A DNA stretch of 64,000 bases, from the NCBI GenBank assembly GCA_000182565.2, contig KQ257464.1; one strand, given 5' to 3'. Below, piece after piece: positions 24,382 to 36,522 of this stretch (positions are counted from its first letter, which is position 1; each line of letters opens with the position of its first letter). Below the pieces are notes generated by a model. It was not told the DNA's origin, made no database searches, and worked only from the letters and a program-made list of their open reading frames with translations. Made by a program: the position numbers and the translations under genes. This DNA is from Spizellomyces punctatus DAOM BR117. Lineage: Eukaryota.

Positions 24382-26175
24382 CTAAACGGTAGGTCTGGAT
24401 CTAGTTGGACCTCCATCATCAACCACTGCAGGTTCTAACGTTGAAGCAGCCAATCCTTTCAAAGACCCTGTGGAGGATTCGCGGACCAACATGCGTTCGA
24501 GTGTAAATGTCCGACCAGTTCTACTCGTAACCGTGGATATTGACAATTCTTTCCGGCATTCCACAGATGCTGATGACAGCGAGCGAGACAAGGAAACAGA
24601 TTCTGTAGATGAATCTAACTCGTGTGAACAAAGAGGCGTTGGGGATGATACAAGTGTCGATGCGTTCTCGGTGTCGAGATTGGCAGTGATGATATGAAAG
24701 GAGCTGGTGCTGCGTTTCAGTGACTTTTCGACGACGATCGGATCCTGAATACGATGTTCTTGTGCCGGTTCCGATGGTTCTGGTGACTCAGCTGACGGGA
24801 CGGCCGGCATTTGTGCTGTCATTTCCAAATCATTGGACATGCCCTGGATGGCAGCATCAGTATTCGTAAGAAATTCATCTACCGGTGGCTCAACAACGTT
24901 GATTTCGTTCGCTTCAATGACTTCAAAAGATCTATTGGAGATTGTGGTAATAAAGCTTGTACTACCCTGTGTGAGAGTGCATTGATCATCACTCCAAGGG
25001 TCGGAAGGTTTTCGGGCATGGCCGAATAAAGGGGACGATCTTCCGCTAGAAACCAATTGAGACGGGACGGACGAAGTCATCGTGAGCGTCAAATCAGTCG
25101 ATTGAAGCTCACTACTGGCGTACAAGCCGTCATCTGCTCCATGCCCTCGGCACGGATCGAGCACATGCAATCCCGTAGGACACGCCGCAGGGGCTTCTAT
25201 TCGCTCAAAAGTAAAAGTACGTTTTCTCGCGAGAACACGGACGCTGTGCTGCCGGGTAACCGTAAATCTACCCTGTTGTCGAACTTCGGTTGTCTCTTCC
25301 GATGGCGGAGTCGGGGCAAGCGCATTTTCTTGCGCTATGTGACAGACTTCGATGGCAGAGATTTCGGTCTTTTCAGATTTCCCCAAGGAATCCGTCTCAT
25401 CGTGAATGCTGACTGGGACAATAAAAACATTGCCCGAGGTTTCCTCGGATGCACGGGACGATCGCTTCCGGGTGAGTCGTGTGAAAAAATCTGATGCTGC
25501 AACCGATAATCTTCTCCCAGATGCTCGATTCTGCGTCCGTTGAGCATAACCCGAGCCGGATAGCCGCGACCCGCGCGGTTTATCCTCATCAACTAGCAAG
25601 TTCTGTTTCTGCTCCGCCCCCACTACTCCGTTCCTTTGGTTCACAAAGAGAACATCCAACCCGATGCCATAGCTACTTTGACGCTTAAAACCGTCAACTC
25701 CCGTATTCACTGTACCAAACACATTGTTGGTTCGCTGTTTTGCCTGGCTCTCCTCGGCTTCTTCCAGTTTTATCCCTCGACGTTCGCTCCGCGGCTGTTG
25801 AGTCAATGATGTACGCAAGAATCTAGCCACTCTCCTGAGCACACCGGGCTTTCGCGACGGTTTCACACGGTTATGGGCATCCTGGCTACTGACATGTGCG
25901 CTCTCCCGCCTATCACGCTCGCTTTGACCAAGCGATACTAGAGATGTGCCGGTTGTGTCGTCGTCATCCTCCATGTCTTCTAGATATATATTATATTTCG
26001 GCACTCTACTTGGCAGTCTACTCCCTTGTAATCTCAAGTCATCAACTGAAACTGCATGCTTCGTTGGACGTCGCAAGAAGAGCGCAGCAAGCCTTTCGTA
26101 GTGCCGGGTTTGCGGTTTCTTGGAAGTATCTCCCGAACGGCACTCGCTAGTTCTTGCCGTGCGGGTACTTGCCAT
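24382..26175 (-). CDS. Hypothetical intronless Ser/Arg-rich, probably disordered protein (597 aa)
   Basis: 1.8-kb uninterrupted ORF with low-complexity composition; no recognisable folded domain. Confidence 0.7.
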   Translation of the reverse strand: MASTRTARTSECRSGDTSKKPQTRHYERLAALFLRRPTKHAVSVDDLRLQGSRLPSRVPKYNIYLEDMEDDDDTTGTSLVSLGQSERDRRESAHVSSQDAHNRVKPSRKPGVLRRVARFLRTSLTQQPRSERRGIKLEEAEESQAKQRTNNVFGTVNTGVDGFKRQSSYGIGLDVLFVNQRNGVVGAEQKQNLLVDEDKPRGSRLSGSGYAQRTQNRASGRRLSVAASDFFTRLTRKRSSRASEETSGNVFIVPVSIHDETDSLGKSEKTEISAIEVCHIAQENALAPTPPSEETTEVRQQGRFTVTRQHSVRVLARKRTFTFERIEAPAACPTGLHVLDPCRGHGADDGLYASSELQSTDLTLTMTSSVPSQLVSSGRSSPLFGHARKPSDPWSDDQCTLTQGSTSFITTISNRSFEVIEANEINVVEPPVDEFLTNTDAAIQGMSNDLEMTAQMPAVPSAESPEPSEPAQEHRIQDPIVVEKSLKRSTSSFHIITANLDTENASTLVSSPTPLCSHELDSSTESVSLSRSLSSASVECRKELSISTVTSRTGRTFTLERMLVRESSTGSLKGLAASTLEPAVVDDGGPTRSRPTV

Positions 26176-27181
26176 GACCCCCGCTACACTGGTGGCCCGT
26201 CCTCAAGCGCTTCTGCCTGCCCTTTGCAATTCTCGATTAGTATACGGGAGCGTGTATTTTCTCACGTTTGAGACGTGTCGTTCGTTCAATTCCCTATATT
26301 GCGTTGAGAAAGTCTGCACAATTGACGCGTCGAGTTGTCGCTGCGCAAGGATACAGTCAGTCCCATAGCGCGATGGTGTGCTTGCTGCAACTAGCCACTA
26401 CCTTAAAGGATGTTTAAGTGTGTTGAGCTGCCATTGGAAGTCGGTTTGGCCAAACACCTTGTTCTGGGTATTGACACGCACAGTGACACGCGGATTGCAG
26501 CGCTGGAATACGCGCGGAAGGTGTCCCTACCAGAGCCAACAGTCCAAACAATATGACAAGCTCTCCAGAATCCAGTCGTGCCTCAATTGCTAAAAGCAAA
26601 GCGGCCCACTTGCAAACAAGGGTACGCTCGCTCTTCAGGCAGAAGAAGAAGAAGCGGAGCAGGTTGCATTCCAACCAACACCACTGTACAGGGGGGCATT
26701 ACGTTTACACGCGCGCGGGCGAGGGGGGAAGGATCAACTCCTCGCGGCGATCTTGCAAATGTCCTTCTTGGGAATGACGGTGGGGTGGTGCTGGGGATGG
26801 TTCCCCCGCAAAAGGGATTGGACTGTTGGGAGTTTCACATGCAATGGCGCGCTGGTTGTGGGATATGTGCATCAAGCTACTTGCTTATAGGACGAGTATG
26901 GCATTTGAAGGTATGACAGTCATATGAAAAAGGACAGTCATTGCAACAAGGAAAAAACCCTCCATGACACCAGAACATACTTTACATCAAAAAGTCATCA
27001 TCCTGTTGCATTTACAAGGGCATATGGACCACCAAGTCGAGAAAACGATGGCAAAAGTCAAGAAAATATCGCAATGCTTGGGCATTCCAATCTCTCGTCG
27101 CAAGTGGCTTAGCCTCGTGCGTAACGACTGGGTCCCTCTGCACTTTTCCCCCGTGTCCTGCTTGTAGTGCCCACCCGAACG

Positions 27182-28208
27182 ATGAACAGCCACGCAGGGC
27201 ACACCGGACACGAAGGACATCCCATGCCGGGAGCGCCGGGAGGTGACATGCCGAATGGCCATGGTGCCATGTCCATGGTCTGGAACTGGGGTTATGGTAT
27301 GCAAAGGGTTTTCGCTGGTGCCCCTAAATGTCCCACTCGACAAATTGTTGAATATCACACTCTTTTTCTGTAGACACTGTGATTGTCTTTGACTTCTGGC
27401 GTACAAATGGTAAGACGTAGTTTCCAAGCGATCTGCATTCCTCCCGTGGTGCCGTTACCAACAGTACCTGTTGGACGATACAGGACCAGGCACACTCTTC
27501 ATATCTTGTGTGGTCATATTCCTCCTTTCTTTTCTGTAAGCTCCTGTCCAACTTGAAATAGGTCCCACAACATACTAAATCCGATCTATTTACTCTGAAT
27601 ACCAGCTTTGAATATTTCCGGACCGTGAGAGCCACTCAAGACCGCCGCCTTCTGACGTTGATGGAAACAGGCGGGCACGATCGGTATGAGGAGGAGGGTC
27701 TCTTGGGAAATCGTTCCGTGCGTGGGGAGGGAGAGAGGGAGGATGATTTTGAGACTGAAAGTTCGCCAATACACACCTTTAGAAGGCGAGGTGTTCCTCC
27801 TGCGACGGTTGGGCGTGGGTGAGTTGAGAGTGGCAGCTTTGGACCGTGAGACGCATGGACTGAATAGGAGTCCATCTGCAGGGGCAAAAGGAGCAATGAG
27901 AGTCATGACTGACGATACTTATTCGCGCTCCTGTTTGTCTCTTTAGGGCGTCCTACTATCAGTTCTTGCGGGCTGTTCTGCATTCCGTCGAAGTATTTTG
28001 TGGATTTTTCCTCAGTATGTTTCTTTGATTTTCCTTTTGAGTGCTGAACGGCGTCATCACATTTTAACTGAACCTCTCAAAAGTGATGGTTTTTATGACC
28101 TTGAACGGATTTCTCTGCTTGTCCCTCGTAGCTGGCGCTGGCGCTGGGTTTTTTGCATATCAGCGGACTCCCGTACCCGTAATGAAGTCTGCTCTGTCAT
28201 GTCATTGA
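27182..28208 (+). CDS. Ctr-family copper transporter (Ctr2-like)
   Basis: His/Met-rich N-terminus (MNSHAGHTGHEGHPM...MSMVWNW), TVIVFDFWRT, TM2 MxxxM (FLMMVFMTLNG), TM3 GAGAG, C-terminal Cys-His; 5 introns. Confidence 0.9.
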
Positions 28209-28456
28209 TAAATTATGAAAATCTAGAACGGGAGTATATTGACCCAACTCTATTGGGCGCAGAGTTTGGCATCAGGACTGTTCATTAACAAGGTGATCCA
28301 CAGGCCCTATTAAGTCCAGCAATTTTAACTCATCTAGTGAAATTACAAATAATACAACGGATATATTCAACCGGTTGCAGGATGATTATAGCGTACAGTT
28401 TGTGCATGAGCTTCATGTTAACCTCTGCCATCGATTGCTAGTCCGGGCATTGTCCA

Positions 28457-31400
28457 TCAGTCATCTGCTGGATACTCAAATGGTTCGGGTGGTCCAGGTT
28501 CCGCTTCCTCCTCTGCTGTTGCTGCACCGGAAAGGGCTAAGAAAATAAATATCAGCTTACCATTGTACATTCGATAGTAAAGGTGTTCGCATCAACTTAC
28601 ACAAATCCTTGAGCTCTATAATCTCTTCCTGCTCGCCAGATCTCCGGTCTTGCATCAACATTATGCCTCCAACTGACGCCTTCTTGACGGGTACATAGCG
28701 ACTATCTTCCTTAAATTTAATGTATTTGACTTGTGCCGGAACAACGCGCGCCATATTCTCAAGAACTTCAGAGTTGTCTTCCTTCTTTTTCTTCTTCTTT
28801 TCTGGCTGACCCTCCTCTTTCTTTTCCTCCTTATCTTTTCCTTCCGGCTCTTTCGCCGTCGGTGTCTCAGGCTCTTTTTCATCCTGAAAAAACGAACTTT
28901 GATGAGAAACAGGATTGCTCATTCTGCAATGGAATCGCTGATGGCATCTTACCGTATCCATGGCCTCTAGGCCTTTGCTGCTCTCCCGTCGCTGCTGGTC
29001 AATCTTCTTTGCTCTTGCGATAGCCTTTGCTGTGGTTGACAACACCGCCGTTGCAACTTTCTCCACCTTTTCCTCCGTTGGAGGCTTGGTAGGTGGTGGG
29101 TATGCAAACAAGGAAGGTTTGGCGTTGGAGATGAAGTCAAATTTGGGTATTTTCAAGTCTTTATTCAACCCAATAATGGCTGTGGGCGTGAATGCCAAAC
29201 TCAAGAAGTGAGTCAGCGGATACCAGTACCAGAATTGGGTGAATACGGCCATCCCCACGATGGCGGACATGTTTGCATGTCCGGACAAAGATTGCAGGGA
29301 AATAGTGACATTTCGTCCACCTGTAGCGGCAATCTCATGAATTTCCATGGAATGTCGACAATCGATGGAAAAAGGTGTACAAACCAGCATCAATGATTCC
29401 CTGTCCCAAGACTGCACCAAACTTTGCCATGGCGTCTTCATGCTTGTCGCCAATGATCGATTCAAATTGCTTTCGGGTTGGCGTAACCTTTGAGCTCGTA
29501 ACATCATTCTGTTGCACTAGAATCATGGCCGACGCAATAAGGGCACCTTGTCGAACGTAATCGACAGTGTCTTTTGTCATTGGTTCCAGCAAATCGAGAG
29601 CTTCCTGCAAACCAACAAAGCGTATTAAAGACCCCATCCACCAGCCGCGATGGCACTGACACACACCTTCAATCCTGTACCAGCGCATGAGATGCCGAGC
29701 GCCAAAGTGGCACCGTATCGGACGTGCGGGTTGTAACTCTCGGAAAGAAGTTGTACTACGCGGGGTACTTGTTTGGGCGTGCGGAACAGCAAGAAGCCCA
29801 GCGCTGTCACAGCAGCCCGACGGACATCGTCGTTCACGTCACTCACGGCCACGTGCAGCAGACGCCGGATCGCTTTATTGTTTCCAGTACCACTGTATGC
29901 CATCGCCACAGTGTAGATTCCACCGTACCGAAGAATTGGATCCTATAGCTATATTAGTTCCAGTACTGAGGATCGAGGGCCGGCAAAAGTGACCTACCTT
30001 ATCGGTACCCAACTGCTCAATCAGAGCATCTGCCTCCTCTTCACGACCGTACATGATCATGGAGATACCAATCGCCAACCCACGGATGATTTTTTCATGT
30101 TGCGTCTCATGTGCGTACTGCAACATCTCTTCAATCGCCCTTGATGATGCAGTTCCAAGCATGACCAAGCCCATAGCAAGCCCAGCGCCTCCCCTGCAAC
30201 AGCACTGTCGCTAAACAGAACATTTTTCAGATCCTCATAGATTTCTTTTAGAAGTGGAATGGTGTGAGCGATACCCAAGAGTCAAAGGGCCTGCATTATG
30301 ACGTACCGTCATTGGCCGTTGCCATACCCGCCACACCCAATCCGAGGGCTGCACCATGTTGAACAACCTCCGTTTGTGTATTTTTCAACGCATTTCGCAG
30401 GTACTCGATTACGCCGGTACCGTGGTTCGTGTGAATTAAGCCCATCGCGAAGAGCGCGCCTCCTTCCGAGTATGATGATCCACTAACCCCTTCCTTCGGT
30501 AAATATGGCGCCAACAACGCCATTCCTTGGGCAAGTTGACCCTACACAACCGGAGGTCAGCTTTCAGAGATCATAGAGATATTTGTTCGCCATGTAGGTA
30601 CCTTGTGAATTACACCTAGCGCGGCTGTGGCGCTAAATTTTGTCCAGTTGGTCGCACGGGAAAGCCATTCTAGATTTTGGCGCAAGAATTCGTCGCTGGT
30701 TGTCCCGGCACTCATGAACGCATTTGCAAAAGTGATTGCTGAATGATAGACAGAATTTCGGGATTCTAGTGCATCCTATAAGGAATATTAGGCAACTGGG
30801 GTCGGATCAATGAAATGCGCCATATGCAAACCTTGGAGTTTTTCAGTATCAGCAGGTCAGTGTGGTTATTACGCACTAAGAATTCCAAATATAACCGGAT
30901 TGACAGTTCGCCAGATAGGATATGGCGTATTTTGTTGAAGCACTCCGCATTTGGAAGAGGTTCCTCCTACAGACGCTCACTCAATGAGGCTTTATGAGCT
31001 GGACCCGGTTGTGAACACGACACACACCTTGAGCAAAGGCTGTTTTTCTTCATCGGTTTCCATAGAATCCTGCGTCCCTTCAGCCGCAGCTGGTAGAGCT
31101 GCTACAACTTTTTGCAAGAAATCTTGTGTAGCATTCTCCTCCAAATCGAAGGCGATTTGGTACGCTATTAACTTGTGCGTCTGAAGAGAGATCAATGAGT
31201 GTTACTGCAGGACAGGGGATTTACATTCAATATGCGCACCTCGTCATTGTTTGCCAGTGTCTGAAGAAGATCCCCACATGCAGCAGGATCATTTAGGTGA
31301 AGGAGGCATTGGCTGATGGAGATATAGTCGGGTTCGGGGAGGTTTCGATAGAGCTTTACTAACAAACGAAGAACCTATTCCACGAGTCAGCGATGGGCAA

Positions 31401-32379
31401 AAGCTACGGGCGTTGGATGCATCACTGATCTACCTCATTGCGGAAGTGAAGGTTCTGTACGATTGTCATGGCCGCATCCAGAAGGTAGGAAAGGAGGGCC
31501 TGTGCATCTCCTTTCAACACGGTTTCCTCGAGAACGTCCAGTCGATTTGTTTCCAAGGCAATGCCGATAGCCTAAACGATGAGAGTGAAAAGGGATCAAC
31601 GAGCATGTAAAGCGACATCCTTTTGTACCTGTTTGTATTCTCCATCATCATAACACCGTTGGAACATTCGTTGAACTATATCCTCGAGACGCCGATCGAT
31701 GGTTAATGCTTCAGCAGTGTTATCGTGTTGCTCAACCCTCTGTGCAATGTATTTATCGATGCATTTTGCTGAACAAAACACGGTAATTCGCAGTTAATCG
31801 CAATATTCTACTGGCGGAACATCGCACATCGAGGAACCAGGATGTTACATACCGATAATAGTCTCCACGTATTCGGACTTGGCGTTCAAATCAAAGAGCT
31901 TGCCTGCCCCCAGTGCGAAAGTGAGGGACTCGTCAAATTCACCGAGATGGTAGTACACCTGCAATTCGACGGACAACACTGTGAGTTGTGCCAATACCTT
32001 ATGGCCAGGTCAAACCTGCATACCTTTGATGCAACCAATGCCGCAAGTTCGCGATATCGAAATTGCTCATCCTCGTAGAGGATTTCGCTAAAAGCCCGGA
32101 TATGCAATCAGCAAAGCGGCAACTAGTGTCCCGCACCGCGTCCATCCAGACCCAAATCGGAACGTACATTTTAGAGACAGCATCTGAGATTTCGGCCCAG
32201 AACTGATCTACAATCCCGTCCAGCTTCTTCAACGCGTACACTTTCAGCTCATCCTCAGTTTCGTCGAGCAACGATATAACACCCGCTTCAACAGAATAGT
32301 TAGTACACGGGTTCGGCACTTTACTGACAAGAGTAGACGACATTCACAGCAACTAACCAGCCGATGTTAGGGCAACCAT
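28457..32379 (-). CDS. RPN2: 26S proteasome regulatory subunit RPN2 (apparent 1-nt deletion at ~30187)
   Basis: [16 protein letters not shown]...[31 protein letters not shown] repeats; [49 protein letters not shown]-terminal PPEPFEYP. Confidence 0.97.
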
Positions 32380-32632
32380 GTTATTGAACAATATATAAAC
32401 TCTTCTCGAATGTTCAGATCGACACAGACAGCGAACAGTTTGTGTGATTGAGTGGAGGCAATGGTTGATACCTCTTTGTAGACGCGTTACCAGCAGAACT
32501 TCATTCCCCCCCAAGCGATGACAATGTACATTCCAACCAATTGATGACGTACTCACACCAATATCTCAAAAGGCTCAACATGGATAGGTGCATTCGCGAT
32601 CTTGCGCTCAGTTCACCATAACAATCGTCAAT

Positions 32633-33862
32633 ATGGCCACAGCTTGGACACCACTAGAATCGAATCCCACGGTCATGAACAAGTACATGGAAAGGCTTGG
32701 TGTAGGAGATGGAGTTTGGGCCTTCACTGACGTATGGGGTAATTGTTGCGGTCCGATCCTACGTCGCCATAGTCAAGATCTTCACCGTGATACCTTTCTC
32801 CTTTCAGGACTTGACGAAGAGCTTCTACAGTTTATACCGCGTCCAGCGGTTGCTGTGGTCTTGCTATTTCCTATTACAGATAAGGCATGTTTATCGTGTT
32901 ATTTTCCACACGCGCACAAGTGTGTGGTTTGCTCACACACCGGACCCTGGGAGTAGTACGAACAATATCGCCTCAGCGAAGAAGAACGTCTCCGAAGAGA
33001 GGGTCAAGTCGTTAGCCCACAGATTTACTTTGTTCGGCAAACCATTCCAAACGCATGTGGCACGATTGGATTGCTGCATGCGTTGGCAAATAATACCGAC
33101 TTATTGACGCTGAGTATGTCAAGAAGAGGAACTTGGAATTCCTCTCCGGGAACTCAGCACTAACATGGAATTTCCACAGAGGAGGGCCCATTGCAGCGGA
33201 TTCTTGATCAAACCAAGGATAAAACTCCAGAGGAACGAGCCCGGGTACTGGAACTCTCCGCGGATCTAGCCAGTGTCCACGATGAGAGGTACGAGTTTCT
33301 ATTCGTAAAAAAAAAGCTGGAATGTATCTCCATCTCATTGTTCTGAACCACCAAAACAAGCTCTCAAGAAGGACAGACAGCGGTAATTATATCTTTTCAT
33401 AAATCCTCGTTAGTGAGCCATACCCAATTCATCCTATATTAGGCACCACCCCGGGAACAAGATATTGATACACATTTCATATGCTTCGTTCAAAAAGACG
33501 GCCATCTCTACGAAATGGACGGTACGGCTGATACTTTTTGTAAAACTACACAGCCTTCTATGGCCTTTGACTTACTGTTTCCCCATTACAGGCCGCAAAC
33601 CGTGTCCCATAAACCACGGAGACTGCGGCGATCTTTTACTAGTAGGTCCGCGCGATTTGACTTGAAAAAGACCATTTTAATCTTATGTTCGCATGATTTT
33701 GTAGGATTCGGTGAAGGTCATAAAACAGTTTATGGAACGCGACCCAGGTTTGTGACTTGAGAATTGCGATCCTTGTACTATTGCTCATCTGATATCACTA
33801 CAGACAACCTGAATTTCACAGTTATTGCACTGGCACCCAGTCAAGAGAGTGCGGCCGATTAA
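32633..33862 (+). CDS. YUH1: Ubiquitin C-terminal hydrolase, UCH-L3/Yuh1 type
   Basis: WTPLESNP; VVLLFPITDKYE; QTISNACGTIGLLHALAN (catalytic Cys); HFICFVQKDGHLYEMDGRK (His/Asp); NFTVIALAP. Confidence 0.93.
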
Positions 33863-34056
33863 TCATATGGGACGCAGATTTTAGTGGGAAGGCACCTTAG
33901 GCGTAATATCCTGGAAAGCTTGCAAACTGTTCTTTTGGTTGTTCTGCTGTCGTATTAACAACCGTCACATTGAATACTACTGGCAGCTGGCAGAACCCCT
34001 TTGTATTCTCTAACAACGCAGATGAGCAGTATCTACTTTATGCATTGCAGTTGTGA

Positions 34057-35759
34057 TCACCGGCTAGTCGTGTTGAACTGGGCAAAATAGTCGTCCGTAG
34101 GTTTGTTAGTGTAGACAACTTTGTCCAAGTAGTGTTTCCTGAGTTGAAATTTATGAGCCGGTGCTCCACCATTTACTGTTTACCATTTTGATTACCTCAA
34201 CTTATCCTCCTCAGACTTTGCCTTGTTTGCGAGCCGCATTTGAATGGCCTCCTCTCGGGTTTTGCGTGCCTTTTCACGTTCTAGAAGCATTGCAGCGCGA
34301 GTATTCGCTGCTTCCTGTGATGCCAATCGTTCCTCTTCCCTTCTTTTTTGTTCGCGTTGAGCCTGTTTGCATACATGCAAGGCGATCAATAGACCTTCGA
34401 CACTCATTCAGGTAATAGTAAATACCTGGGCTTCCGCACGCTGCTGTTCTTGGACTTGCATGATGTAGGCGCTTTGTTCGCGTGTGATACCCTTAAAGAC
34501 ATCCACTCGTACTCTATGTCAAACCATGCCGGCTATTAGACTAAGTTTTCCACTGGCTGGCGAAGATAAGAGATCTATGAAACGTACTGATGTCCACCAC
34601 CAATGTTAAAAACATCTGGCCGTTCGGTAAGGAAGTCTCCATTGATTTGGCTATTAAGTTCCTTAACGTTTTGCTGTTCCTCGAAGCGTCGCTGCTCGGC
34701 TTCACGTAAGCGTTTGAACTCGGCCTGTTGATGACGACCAGTCAGTGAGCAATTGCTCGGTCCTATACATAACACAAGCAGATAGGTTTGAACTCACGAG
34801 CTTAAGGTTGAGTTCTTTGTCTGCTTTCGCTTGAGCCGCGCGAGCATCCTGTGTCGCCTTCTGTAAAGCCAGGACTTTTTCGTCGACATCGCGTTGATAT
34901 TCTTCATAGCGCCTAAGAGATAATTGTTAGTGACAAATTGAAGATCCTGTCATCCACTGTAGTCCTTACCTCTGCTCTTCACTTTCCTTTAATCTTCTCA
35001 TTCGTCCTTCCCAAATACTCTGTTTTGCCCAAGTTTTCATCTGCTCTTGTTGTAATCTCTTCCTCTCCGTACTAGCCAAATCTTCTCCTTCAAATTTCTG
35101 ACAAGAGCTGGCGCCGATCTTGCTATCATCGTCCACTACCTGTTCCGCTTTGAGTGCTTTGGGATTGTACAAATCATATTCACGTCGCTGCCATGGTTGT
35201 TGGTGAGAAGTACGATATTCATTAAGGGCTTTCAGCTGATCGCGGCATTTGGTTGCTGCTTCCGCGTCGAGATGTTGAAGAATTGCATTCGTTTGTCGCA
35301 TTGCGCGGTCTGAGAACGCTGAATCAGATCCCACTGCAACGATGCGGCAAACCAAATCCAGGGAGATTGCCCTACCGAAACTCGCATCTCTCTCTTTTTC
35401 TGCTCTCTTGACCTCATTTTTAATGCGAATCTGGTCGTCCAATGATTTTACGTCGATCTATAGACCAAGATACAAGCAAGCATCAGATATTAGCCTTCCT
35501 TATCCGTTTGCGCTTTATCTGAAAGTCGCTCAACCAAGACCCATTAGGTCCACTTCTTTTCTAAGGAATTATACATTGGTCCGGAAGCGCCTGCGAACAA
35601 TCCCATACTAGCAGTTTCTCCCGATCATTCAGTCGTACTCACTCCTAGCACTCTGATCTTGGGATCAAAGATCCTCTGCTTTCGCTCCTCATCAAGCTGC
35701 CTCCGTCGTCGTATGGCCGCGTCACGAAGTGTATCGGACGGTATCTCAACTTTGTACAT
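34057..35759 (-). CDS. RIB43A: Protofilament ribbon protein RIB43A (RIBC1/2 family, axonemal microtubule inner protein)
   Basis: RRRQLDEERKQRIFDPKIRVLGID; QQPWQRREYDLYNP; GASSCQKFEGEDL; GDFLTERP; C-terminal YFAQFNTTSR. Confidence 0.92.
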
Positions 35760-36522
35760 ATTTGACGGTACCGTGTAATGAGGCTAGATTATTACAAGAG
35801 ATGCAAGTGTAAGTTAAATGATTCGCTTTGGGTACACCATTTACAGGCCCGGCGCGCATCGTCGAGGATCTTAGGGGTTGTTCGTGCGGACCGCTCGGAG
35901 AAATTATATTTTAAGATCACGTATTTCTGACAACTTACGAGATGAACCCCCCTCCAGTGGTGGATAAAATGATTGGATTCCTTTGCCAGATGACAGCTTT
36001 CCATCCACAGTTTTTGAAAATGGATATCGAATGAATGCTCCCATGTACCACCCTTGAGTCACTGGGTTGCCTCGACCTCTCTACATTGTGCGGCATATGG
36101 TAGACGTTTGACATATTGATATTACCTTCTGCCACACATCAGAATGCAATTCCAGAATCCTTGTATTATGGATAACTCATTCGATCTTTTTGCATCAAAT
36201 CAGTTGCTCATTATTCATTTAGATGAAACTACATCTGAATCCTTGCCAAAATGGACTTGAATAAACTTTGTGGTGATGCGGGTCGTCCTTGATCAGCCCA
36301 AGTCAGATTCATCACGTAAGCGATGTCCGAACCCCGTCGTCCATCGGACATTCTATCAGTGATGCGCGACCCACTTCTTCTCAACGTCCAGATATACGCA
36401 GGTGGTGCCTTGCGCACTTCACGACACGGCAGTTATACACTGGGGAGACGGCCCAGCTGCAAGCGCTTGAGTTGAACGCGCTCTCCTGGAGCATGCGCTG
36501 ATCTGGAATCCTGCCTTCAACA

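Noticed and set aside
54-32487. MCB-like ACGCGT at 54, 26325 and 32482
   Set aside because: A 6-mer is expected about every 4 kb; single copies are uninformative.
35458-35642. Long RIB43A intron 1 (185 nt) as a snoRNA host
   Set aside because: No proper C box (RUGAUGA) or terminal stem; the CTGA coincides with the likely branch site.
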